NCBI GenBank assembly: GCA_903828645.1
Contig: CAIKNA010000071.1
Coordinates: 1,286 to 65,285, forward strand
DNA from: an uncultured Bacteroidales bacterium
Lineage (GTDB): Bacteria > Bacteroidota > Bacteroidia > Bacteroidales > FEN-979
Length of the DNA: 64,000 bases
Direction: 5' to 3'
A program made the translations under genes and the position numbers. Each line of letters opens with the position of its first letter. The first letter of the stretch is position 1. The notes under the pieces were generated by a model. The model did no database searches. It saw nothing but the letters and a program-made list of their open reading frames with translations, and was not told where the DNA came from. Of this stretch, positions 18,592 to 28,808 are shown piece by piece.

Positions 18592-19962
18592 ATGGAACAA
18601 CCACTGCTCTATTATTCTACCAACCTGCTGGCACCACATGTCCCATTTCACGAGGCTTTGCTCAGGGGCCAGGCACCCGACAGGGGGCTTTACCTGCCAG
18701 TATCGGTTCCTCAAATCCCGCTGGATGAAATCTACAGTTATTCCGCAATTCCCTATCCGGATATTGCCTTCGATGTCATGCGCAGGTTTTTACCAGATGA
18801 AATCTCAGGAACGGAGCTGGAGGTGCTCATCAGGGATGCATATGATTTCCCGGTGCCACTTGAAAAGGTAGCTGGCAGGAAATTCATCATGCGCCTCGAT
18901 CAGGGGCCTACTGCCTCATTCAAGGACTTCGCCGCACGCATGATGGGACGTTTGATGCAGCACTACCTGGACCGCAGTGGGAAAAAACTGCTGATCCTTA
19001 CGGCTACATCGGGAGATACGGGAAGTGCCGTTGCCAATGCGTTTTATGGAATGGATAACATCCAGGTAGTGGTTCTTTTTCCCGAATCGGAGGTGACCGA
19101 CCGGCAGCGGAAACAGATGACTACCCTGGGAAAAAACGTGCATGTACTGGCGCTGGATGCCAAGTTCGACGATTGCCAGGCACTGGTCAAGCAGGCTTTT
19201 TCCGATCCTGATCTTGACCATCTATCCCTGTCGTCGGCCAATTCCATCAACATCGGCCGGTTAATCCCGCAAACCGTTTACTATTTCTATGCTTTTTCAA
19301 GGCTGAGGATGGAAAACCATCCCGAACAGATTATCTTTTCTGTTCCGTCCGGGAATTTTGGCGACATGATGGGAGGGATACTTGCCAAAAAGATGGGGCT
19401 GCCGGTAAAAAAGTTTGTCATTGCAACCAATGCAAATGATGAGTTTCCAAATTATCTTGCCTCGGGCAATTATGAGAAGATTGAACCCTCGAGGAATTGC
19501 ATCTCCAGCGCCATGAATGTGGGCCATCCGAGCAACCTGGCAAGGCTGGTTGCACTGTATGGCGGGATGATGGATGAAAAAGGAATCATCCACCGGGCCG
19601 CGGATATGGCGATGATGAGAAAAGATATTTTTTCGGTCAGTGTCTCTGACCAGCAAACCCGGGAGACCATCAGGGAAGTTTACCAGGATTACAAGGTGGT
19701 CATGGAACCTCACGGAGCAGTGGGCTGGGCCGGAATGATGGAGTACCTGAAGGGAAATCCCGCCGATAGGGGGAACAGGCAATTGTGTGTTTCGCTTGAA
19801 ACCGCCCATCCTGCAAAGTTTCCTGAAGAAATCCTCCGGCTCATCGGGCTCGATCCACCTTTGCCAGTGAGCCTTGAAGGACTTGAGGGTAAACCTGAAT
19901 TTGTGAAGACTTTGCCGGTGGATTACAAGGATTTTAAAAATTACCTGATTAATACTTTTTAA
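18592..19962 (+). CDS. thrC: threonine synthase
   Basis: PTASFKDFAARMMG (PLP lysine) and TSGDTGSA motifs, with E. coli-type domain order. Confidence 0.85.
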   Translation: MEQPLLYYSTNLLAPHVPFHEALLRGQAPDRGLYLPVSVPQIPLDEIYSYSAIPYPDIAFDVMRRFLPDEISGTELEVLIRDAYDFPVPLEKVAGRKFIMRLDQGPTASFKDFAARMMGRLMQHYLDRSGKKLLILTATSGDTGSAVANAFYGMDNIQVVVLFPESEVTDRQRKQMTTLGKNVHVLALDAKFDDCQALVKQAFSDPDLDHLSLSSANSINIGRLIPQTVYYFYAFSRLRMENHPEQIIFSVPSGNFGDMMGGILAKKMGLPVKKFVIATNANDEFPNYLASGNYEKIEPSRNCISSAMNVGHPSNLARLVALYGGMMDEKGIIHRAADMAMMRKDIFSVSVSDQQTRETIREVYQDYKVVMEPHGAVGWAGMMEYLKGNPADRGNRQLCVSLETAHPAKFPEEILRLIGLDPPLPVSLEGLEGKPEFVKTLPVDYKDFKNYLINTF

Positions 19963-20005
19963 TAAAAATTCAAAGTGCAACGTGTAAAATCAAAGTGCAA
20001 ATAAA
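19963..20005. repeat. degenerate A-tract short-period repeat (AAATTCA/AAGTGCA/AAATCAA...)
   Basis: TCAAAGTGCAA occurs twice (19970-19980 and 19990-20000). It fills the thrC-thrH spacer. The register is imperfect. Confidence 0.5.
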
Positions 20006-20016
20006 CCAAAACAACA

Positions 20017-20616
20017 ATGTACATCCTGTGTTCCGACCTCGAAGGTGTGTTTGTTCCAGAAGTCTGGGTAAATGTTGCCGACAAAACCGGTATTGAAGAA
20101 CTTCGCCGCACCACCCGCGATGAGCCCGATTACAACCTGCTGATGCGCAGCCGCATGAAAATCCTCGATCAGCATGGGCTGAAGCTTCACGACATCCAGG
20201 AGGTCATCGCACAGATCGAGCCCCTTCCGGGTGCAAATGAATTTATCGGCTGGGTGAAGGAGAGGACACAGCTGATAGTGGTTTCCGACACGTTCATCCA
20301 GTTTGCGGAACCGCTTATGAGACAACTGGGCCGCCCCACCCTTTTTTGCCATACACTGGTGATGGATGAGACCAACAGGATCATCGATTATACTTTACGC
20401 CAGCCGGATCCCAAACGAAAAACGGTGGAAGCCATACAGGGACTCAATTATAAGGTCATCGCAATGGGAGATTCCTACAACGATATCAGCATGCTTAAAC
20501 AGGCCGATATCGGTATTCTTTTCCGCCCGCCCCAAAACGTGATCAGCGACTACCCTGAATTTCCCGTGGTGACCGATTATTTAGCGCTGAAAATGATTCT
20601 TTCCTCGTACCTTTGA
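20017..20616 (+). CDS. thrH: ThrH-type HAD phosphatase (phosphoserine phosphatase / homoserine phosphotransferase)
   Basis: CSDLEGV (DxD-type HAD motif I variant), TTRDEPDYN, LRQPDPKR and GDSYND motifs are co-linear with Pseudomonas ThrH as I recall it. Confidence 0.8.
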   Translation: MYILCSDLEGVFVPEVWVNVADKTGIEELRRTTRDEPDYNLLMRSRMKILDQHGLKLHDIQEVIAQIEPLPGANEFIGWVKERTQLIVVSDTFIQFAEPLMRQLGRPTLFCHTLVMDETNRIIDYTLRQPDPKRKTVEAIQGLNYKVIAMGDSYNDISMLKQADIGILFRPPQNVISDYPEFPVVTDYLALKMILSSYL

Positions 20617-20695
20617 CCCATAATGAAACCGGTTAGTAATTTGAGACAAGGGCCATCTTCCCTTAAGTCTGTCATACTTGTAATACTTTTATTAA

Positions 20696-20724
20696 CCCCC
20701 CCCAATCGTAAATCGTAAATCGTA
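20696..20724. repeat. C8 homopolymer followed by (AATCGTA)x3
   Basis: CCCCCCCC at 20696-20703, then exact heptads at 20704, 20711 and 20718. Located 20 nt upstream of the ATG at 20745. Confidence 0.9.
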
Positions 20725-20744
20725 AATCCAAAACCCTACTTCCC

Positions 20745-21935
20745 ATGCAACAAGACCCCTCAACAAAAATCTTTGATCTCCTTCAGTTCGGCGAATATGG
20801 AGACGTAAACCCGTCCGTTTGCGATTCTGCCACCTTTACTTTTATGCAGGCCAAAACCATGCTCGACACCTTCCAGGGAGATGCAGAGGGATGCTTCTTA
20901 TATTCCCGCCACTGGAACCCCAGCAACAAGTACCTCGCCGACGCCCTTTCGGCGATGGAAGGCACAGAATCGGCATGGGTTACTGCTTCAGGAATGGCCG
21001 CCATCACTTGCTCCATCCTGCAAATTTGCAACAGCGGAGATCACGTCGTTTGCAGCCTGACAACCTATGGCGGAACTTTTGCTTTCCTTTTCAATTATGT
21101 GAAGAAATTTAACATCGATGTCACCTTCGTGGATATTACGAACCTCGACCTTGTGGAGCAGGCCATCCGTCCGAACACGAAGATGATCTATACCGAGTCG
21201 ATGACCAACCCCCTGCTGCAGATATCCGATATCCCTGCACTGGCCAGGATAGCCAATGATAACAACATCAAACTTGTAGTTGACAATACTTTTACCCCGA
21301 TGATTATCGCCCCTTACCGTTTGGGTGCACATGTTGTGGTTTACAGCATGACAAAGTTCATCAATGGCAAGAATGATTGTGTTGCGGGTGCCATCTGTGC
21401 ATCAAGGGAGTTTATCGATTCACTGAGTGATGTCAATGCCGGTACCGCGATGTTGCTGGGCCCCGCACTGGATCCGTTGCGGTCGTCAAGCATCCTGAAG
21501 AATATGCATACGTTGCACATTCGCATGAAACAACACAGCAAAAATGCCCTTTACCTTGCCGAAAAATTCAGGGAGTATGGCATGAAGATCAACTACCCTG
21601 GTCTTCCTGGAAATAAAGGCCATCAAAAACTGGCAGAGATGATGAATCCCGAATTCGGTTTTGGAGGGCTGATTGCCATCGATATGGTCACTGCCGACCG
21701 TGCAGCGAAGCTGATGGAGATGATGGAGAAGGCCGGCGTGGGTTACCTGGCGGTGAGCCTCGGCTATTTCAAAACCCTTTTCAGCAATTCCGGTAAAAGT
21801 ACCTCCTCTGAGGTGCCTGAAGAGATCCAGCGTGAAATGGGATTGTCGGAAGGACTCGTCCGTTTCTCGGTAGGTCTCGACAACGACATTGAAAATAGCT
21901 GGCAGAAAATAAAAACCTGCCTGGAACAACTTTAG
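20745..21935 (+). CDS. Cys/Met-metabolism PLP-dependent enzyme (methionine gamma-lyase / cystathionine gamma-synthase-like)
   Basis: YSRHWNPS, TYGGTF and VDNTFTP motifs, with the PLP-lysine region YSMTKFINGKND. Confidence 0.75.
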   Translation: MQQDPSTKIFDLLQFGEYGDVNPSVCDSATFTFMQAKTMLDTFQGDAEGCFLYSRHWNPSNKYLADALSAMEGTESAWVTASGMAAITCSILQICNSGDHVVCSLTTYGGTFAFLFNYVKKFNIDVTFVDITNLDLVEQAIRPNTKMIYTESMTNPLLQISDIPALARIANDNNIKLVVDNTFTPMIIAPYRLGAHVVVYSMTKFINGKNDCVAGAICASREFIDSLSDVNAGTAMLLGPALDPLRSSSILKNMHTLHIRMKQHSKNALYLAEKFREYGMKINYPGLPGNKGHQKLAEMMNPEFGFGGLIAIDMVTADRAAKLMEMMEKAGVGYLAVSLGYFKTLFSNSGKSTSSEVPEEIQREMGLSEGLVRFSVGLDNDIENSWQKIKTCLEQL

Positions 21936-21987
21936 CACCCCTCCCTTTTTCAGGGAAGGAAAAGAAAGTCCGGTTCCGATTTTTTGT

Positions 21988-24846
<2,859 letters not shown>

Positions 24847-24879
24847 TTGGATGTGTTTTTGAGGATTTTGAATGTGTCG

Positions 24880-24887
24880 CAAAAATA
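24880..24887 (-). promoter_or_regulatory. -7 box candidate TATTTTTG upstream of gcvP
   Basis: Complement of caaaaata, ~33 nt upstream of the ATG at 24846. Confidence 0.4.
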
Positions 24888-24962
24888 CCAAAAGTTTGTG
24901 AATTTGTAAACAAATAAACCTGCCCGAAACGCGATTCACGAGGGTTGCTCCGGGCTTTAAAA

Positions 24963-24994
24963 AAAAACCGCCACGGAAATCCGGGACGGTTTTT
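24963..24994 (-). terminator. weak hairpin + U-run downstream of the 1183-aa T9SS cargo gene
   Basis: On the minus strand: AAAAACCG...(16-nt poorly paired interior)...CGGTTTTT, continuing into a run of nine T. The stem is AU-rich and imperfect. Confidence 0.35.
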
Positions 24995-25014
24995 CAGGCG
25001 TGTTGACTGAAATG

Positions 25015-28000
25015 CTACCTGGTCTTTGCCAGTTTGGTATGAATTTCCATCCCTGCATTTGAAGATAACCGAAGGGTGTACAGGCCGGTGGGTAATGAGG
25101 CAGTTGAAAGGGAAATCGTGTTATTGCCGGTCTGCAGAACCACCTCCAAGGTCGTCAGCAACTCTCCTGCAAGGTTTCGGAGTTCAACGGAGACCTTCAT
25201 CTCCTTTTTAATTTCCAGGCTGATCGTTAGTTGATCGTTCACAGGATTCGGATAGGCCACCCATGAAGTTATTCCGGAGGCGATGTCGCTTATACCGGAA
25301 ATATTGGTCCCGGTATAGGTCAGGATCACTGAAGGGTCCGGTTTTTCCCCGGAGATGACCACCTTGATGAGATCACTGGCGATCCCTGCCATTTCGGCTT
25401 TAAGATAGTACGTCCCATAAGCCAGCGATGCAAATGAAAAATGCCCGCCCGGTTTCACCGGATCATAAAAAATTGCTGTACCATTTGAGTTCAGAAGCAA
25501 CATCGTGATTTTTTCAACAAAGTTTGTTTTCAACCCGGAAGTGCTTATCTGCCCGGTGATCGATCCATTGCCCGAATACATTGTTGCGGCACCCACAAGG
25601 TGGATGTTATATGGATTTCCCGGTGTTCCCAGGTGGATGATGGATGCATCTTCCCAGAATAGAACATCCCCGTAAAAAGTCGGAAGATATCCGGTTAAAT
25701 TCACCGGGATAGCATTTACATAATAATCACCCTGGGGGACCATGTCGAAATGGTAGGTCCCGGCTGAATCAACAAGGGTAGTCGCCAGGTATGGCAGGTA
25801 AGGCGGGATGGTATCCACTGAAAAAAGGTTGACAATGCCTGCCTGGATGGGAACCGCATCGGCAAACACCTGCCCGTATATATTATTGGAACCTGTACTA
25901 TCGCTTGTTGTAAAATAGGAGTCATCACCATAAGATATCCCGCCGGCGCTTGACCCGACAATACGGAAGTGATACAGGGTCGATGGCATCAGGTTGAAAA
26001 CCTGCAGGGCTCTCTCATCCGTGTTATTTCCATTAATTGTCCCGTAGGTGGCGGTTGATCCGTATGCCGGGGTTAAACCGTATTGAAAAGTGATGGTGGT
26101 CGATTCGCCATTTGCATTTGCGTCACCCCTCAGCACTGCATTTGTTGCACAGTAATAATAGCAGGTTTTAGTGATTACCGTTGGGGGAAGTATGCCGGCA
26201 GCTGGTGTTGTGAATGTTTCATCATTGCCGTATGATGTTCCTGCACTGTTTGAGCCTTTTAACCGGAAATGATACAATGTCTGAGGCAGGACGCTGATCG
26301 TTCTTTCAACAGGCTGCATAGTGTTCCCGTAGACATGCCCGTAATTATAGGTTGATCCGTATGAGGATGTTAATCCATATTGAAAAGATACATCTGTTTC
26401 AAGCCCGTTTGGGTTTACGTTGCCATTGAGGTTCGCCAGCGTAGAGGTTACATTCGATGCAGGCATCGTGATAACATCCGGAGAAAGGTTTACCGTGGTC
26501 GTGAAAACGGTATCCAGCCCGTATGAGGCGCCGGTTGCGTTCACCCCCACGATCCTATAGTGGTAGGTTGTATAAGGCGTAAGGCCGGTTAGGATGGCAT
26601 TGGCCCAGGTGATCAGTGAATCACCTGATATGGATGCCGGATTTGCCGTCACAGTAGAACCATAGCTTGTTGTAAGGCCGTAATTGAATGTGATTGCCGT
26701 TGTGGAACCGTTTGGATAAACCAATCCGTTTAATGTTGCAGTGGAGAGTCCGACATTGGTGGCGTGAACAGTACGAACCTTCGGCAGCGTATCTGCAGTG
26801 GTGAAAGTCACATCACTCCCGTAACTCGTGCCACCGGCATTGGTGCCCACAGCCCTGTAATGGTAAACATGGCTTGGAAGCAGGTAGTAAATATAAGGTT
26901 CAGTAGTTACCGGTGTATTCCCCGAAATATTTCCGCATTGCAATGTCATGTCATAGGATGCGGTCAATCCATACTCGAACATGACAGCAGTCGGGTTCCC
27001 GTTTGCATTGAAGGTGCCGGAAACATATGAGTAGGTGGCACCGGTCATCGGAGGAGGGTTGGTGGTAACTGCAGGAGGGAGAATGACAGTTGTGGTAAAA
27101 ACGCTGTCGCTCCCGTAGGAAGTGCCGTTTGCATTGACCCCAACCGCCCTGAAATGGTACACGGTCCCGGGCAACAACCCGTTAATGTTCATGTTTACCG
27201 GGGTCATGGTGGTTCCGTATACCATTCCATAGGTAACGGTCGAACCGTAAACCGGTGTCAATCCATACTGAAAAGTGACATAGGCTGGTGTTGCGTTTGC
27301 GTTTACATTTCCATTCAGGGTTGCCCCGGTCGATGAAATCGCAGTTGCATGTGTTGTAATCACCGTCGGAGGGAGGGTGCCAGTGGTTGTAAGGATGGTG
27401 TCAATCCCATAAGAGGTACCTCCTGCGTTCACCCCGGTAATCCGGAAATGGTAGGTCGTGCTTGGCGAAAGGCCTGTCAGTACTGCCCTGGCCCAGGTTT
27501 CGGTAGAATCACCTGAAATGGTTGCGGGGTTCGCATTGATGGTTGTACCATAGCTTGCCGTCAGGCCATAATTGAACGTGATCGTTGTTGTTGAACCGTT
27601 GGGATATACCGATCCGTTAAGCGTTGCCGTTGAAGGACCGATGTCGCTGGCCTGGTGGGTAAACACTTCAGGTAGTGTGTCTAAGGTGGAAAATGTTACA
27701 TCATTCCCATAGGTTGTTCCGCCAACATTGGTCGCGACGGCCCTGCAATGATACAAATGCCCGGGTATCAGTGGGTATGGATATCCGTTAATGCTGGTTG
27801 CCGTGTTTCCGGTTACAGTTCCTGCTGAGGTGGTTGATCCGTAACTTGTAGTCAATCCATATTGAAACGATGCGTTCGTGGTATTTCCGTTAGCATTTAC
27901 AATTCCGGCCAGGTAAGTATATTCTGATCCTATCCAGGTTGGTGCAAGAGTTGTTGCCGCAGGCGGGGATGGAGCCGTTGTGTAACCGGTAACATGAACG

Positions 28001-28566
28001 AGGTCAAGATGACAGTTGTCTCCATAACTTGAACTGAAAAGAAAAGCGATATAAAGAACCGGTTGATTTATTGCACCTGCCGGCAATGGAACAACCTCAT
28101 ATTGCCAGGAGATGGTGTTCGAAAACCGTTGTATTGTCGCAGCAGTTGACCATGTTGTTCCGTTTGTGGACCACTGAACGGCCACGTTGTCATTGCATCC
28201 CGGGTAGCCGTTGCTGGTAAACCATTCAAAATCAACAGAAATCATGGCATAGCTGTTGGTTTGAACGGGTGTTGTACATTTCAGGCGGTTGGAGGTTCCT
28301 GATGCAGCATAAAACGATTGAAACTCAACCATTCTGCTCCCATTGAAGGGATAACTGGAGGGAAAGTTTCCAGTCTGGAGAAAATGGATGTAATTGGCAC
28401 CGGAAACTGGATCAATTGCCCAACCGGCCGGAGGCGTTTGCCCGGTTGCGACAGTTTCCCAGTCTTCGGTGAAAAGAATGGTCTGACATGTCACCTGTTG
28501 GAGGAGCAACATGGAACAGCCAATGAGAAGTACCCTTAGGCTGAAGTTTTGTAATTTTTTTTTCAT
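25015..28566 (-). CDS. T9SS-secreted surface protein with four parts: an N-terminal beta-sandwich head, seven fn3-like repeats, a shared stalk module, and a Por/T9SS C-terminal sorting domain
   Basis: Signal peptide present. The repeated motif is (F/Y)QYGLT..YGST...Y(H)FR..G.N.GGTSYG.D..FTT. The C-terminus WVAYPNPVNDQLTISL...LPTGLYTLRL is typical of the T9SS CTD. Confidence 0.75.
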   Translation of the reverse strand: MKKKLQNFSLRVLLIGCSMLLLQQVTCQTILFTEDWETVATGQTPPAGWAIDPVSGANYIHFLQTGNFPSSYPFNGSRMVEFQSFYAASGTSNRLKCTTPVQTNSYAMISVDFEWFTSNGYPGCNDNVAVQWSTNGTTWSTAATIQRFSNTISWQYEVVPLPAGAINQPVLYIAFLFSSSYGDNCHLDLVHVTGYTTAPSPPAATTLAPTWIGSEYTYLAGIVNANGNTTNASFQYGLTTSYGSTTSAGTVTGNTATSINGYPYPLIPGHLYHCRAVATNVGGTTYGNDVTFSTLDTLPEVFTHQASDIGPSTATLNGSVYPNGSTTTITFNYGLTASYGTTINANPATISGDSTETWARAVLTGLSPSTTYHFRITGVNAGGTSYGIDTILTTTGTLPPTVITTHATAISSTGATLNGNVNANATPAYVTFQYGLTPVYGSTVTYGMVYGTTMTPVNMNINGLLPGTVYHFRAVGVNANGTSYGSDSVFTTTVILPPAVTTNPPPMTGATYSYVSGTFNANGNPTAVMFEYGLTASYDMTLQCGNISGNTPVTTEPYIYYLLPSHVYHYRAVGTNAGGTSYGSDVTFTTADTLPKVRTVHATNVGLSTATLNGLVYPNGSTTAITFNYGLTTSYGSTVTANPASISGDSLITWANAILTGLTPYTTYHYRIVGVNATGASYGLDTVFTTTVNLSPDVITMPASNVTSTLANLNGNVNPNGLETDVSFQYGLTSSYGSTYNYGHVYGNTMQPVERTISVLPQTLYHFRLKGSNSAGTSYGNDETFTTPAAGILPPTVITKTCYYYCATNAVLRGDANANGESTTITFQYGLTPAYGSTATYGTINGNNTDERALQVFNLMPSTLYHFRIVGSSAGGISYGDDSYFTTSDSTGSNNIYGQVFADAVPIQAGIVNLFSVDTIPPYLPYLATTLVDSAGTYHFDMVPQGDYYVNAIPVNLTGYLPTFYGDVLFWEDASIIHLGTPGNPYNIHLVGAATMYSGNGSITGQISTSGLKTNFVEKITMLLLNSNGTAIFYDPVKPGGHFSFASLAYGTYYLKAEMAGIASDLIKVVISGEKPDPSVILTYTGTNISGISDIASGITSWVAYPNPVNDQLTISLEIKKEMKVSVELRNLAGELLTTLEVVLQTGNNTISLSTASLPTGLYTLRLSSNAGMEIHTKLAKTR
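25960..27980 (-). repeat. seven in-frame ~95-aa fn3-like coding repeats arranged as a triplet super-repeat (X-A-B, X'-A'-B', C)
   Basis: Read from the translated protein. For example, A is TLPEVFTHQASDIGPSTATLNGSVYPNGSTTTITFNYGLTASYGTT... and A' is TLPKVRTVHATNVGLSTATLNGLVYPNGSTTAITFNYGLTTSYGST.... Coordinates are approximate. Confidence 0.8.
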
Positions 28567-28744
28567 GGGTTATGAGTTTTGAGGAAACAAAACTGGAAGG
28601 GAAAATATAATTGCAATGTACATATAAGACGTGGATCAATATGTAAAGTTGCCTGCCAATATCAATTTTTTCATCCTGGGAATGACCAGATTCAGATGGG
28701 ATTTGATCATATGGATGGGAGTATTTGGTTCCAAAGTGATGAAT

Positions 28745-28789
28745 TAAAATGAAAAGCGCTGTTTTCTCCCGGAAGCAGCGCTTTTCATT
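28745..28789 (-). terminator. rho-independent terminator after the 751-aa PKD/T9SS gene
   Basis: Perfect 14-bp stem, AATGAAAAGCGCTG (28748-28761) paired with CAGCGCTTTTCATT (28776-28789). On the minus strand it is followed by TTTAATT. Located 20 nt past the stop at 28809. Confidence 0.75.
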
Positions 28790-28808
28790 AAAACCATTCA
28801 AGTCAGGT

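Noticed and set aside
20623-20718. A 31-codon ORF (MKPVSNLRQGPSSLKSVILVILLLTPPNRKS) starting just after thrH and ending inside the heptad array.
   Set aside because: It is short, I recognise no conserved features, it runs through the C8 tract and the repeat, and its stop is supplied by the repeat. It is probably fortuitous. It could be revisited with ribosome profiling.
21936-21987. Hairpin CCTCCCtttttcAGGGAAGG between the convergent MGL-like and gcvP genes, considered as a terminator.
   Set aside because: The stem has a mismatch and is not followed by a T/U run on either strand. It is too weak to call.
24847-25014. Glycine riboswitch upstream of gcvP.
   Set aside because: I could not find the conserved GGAGAG...CACCGAAGGGGCAA-type cores. 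The best TAnnTTTG box leaves only a ~30-nt leader.
28412-28801. A 129-aa minus-strand ORF spanning the cargo-gene spacer and the 5' end of the 1183-aa gene.
   Set aside because: It overlaps the signal-peptide region of the well-supported gene in another frame and crosses the strong terminator hairpin at 28745-28789.
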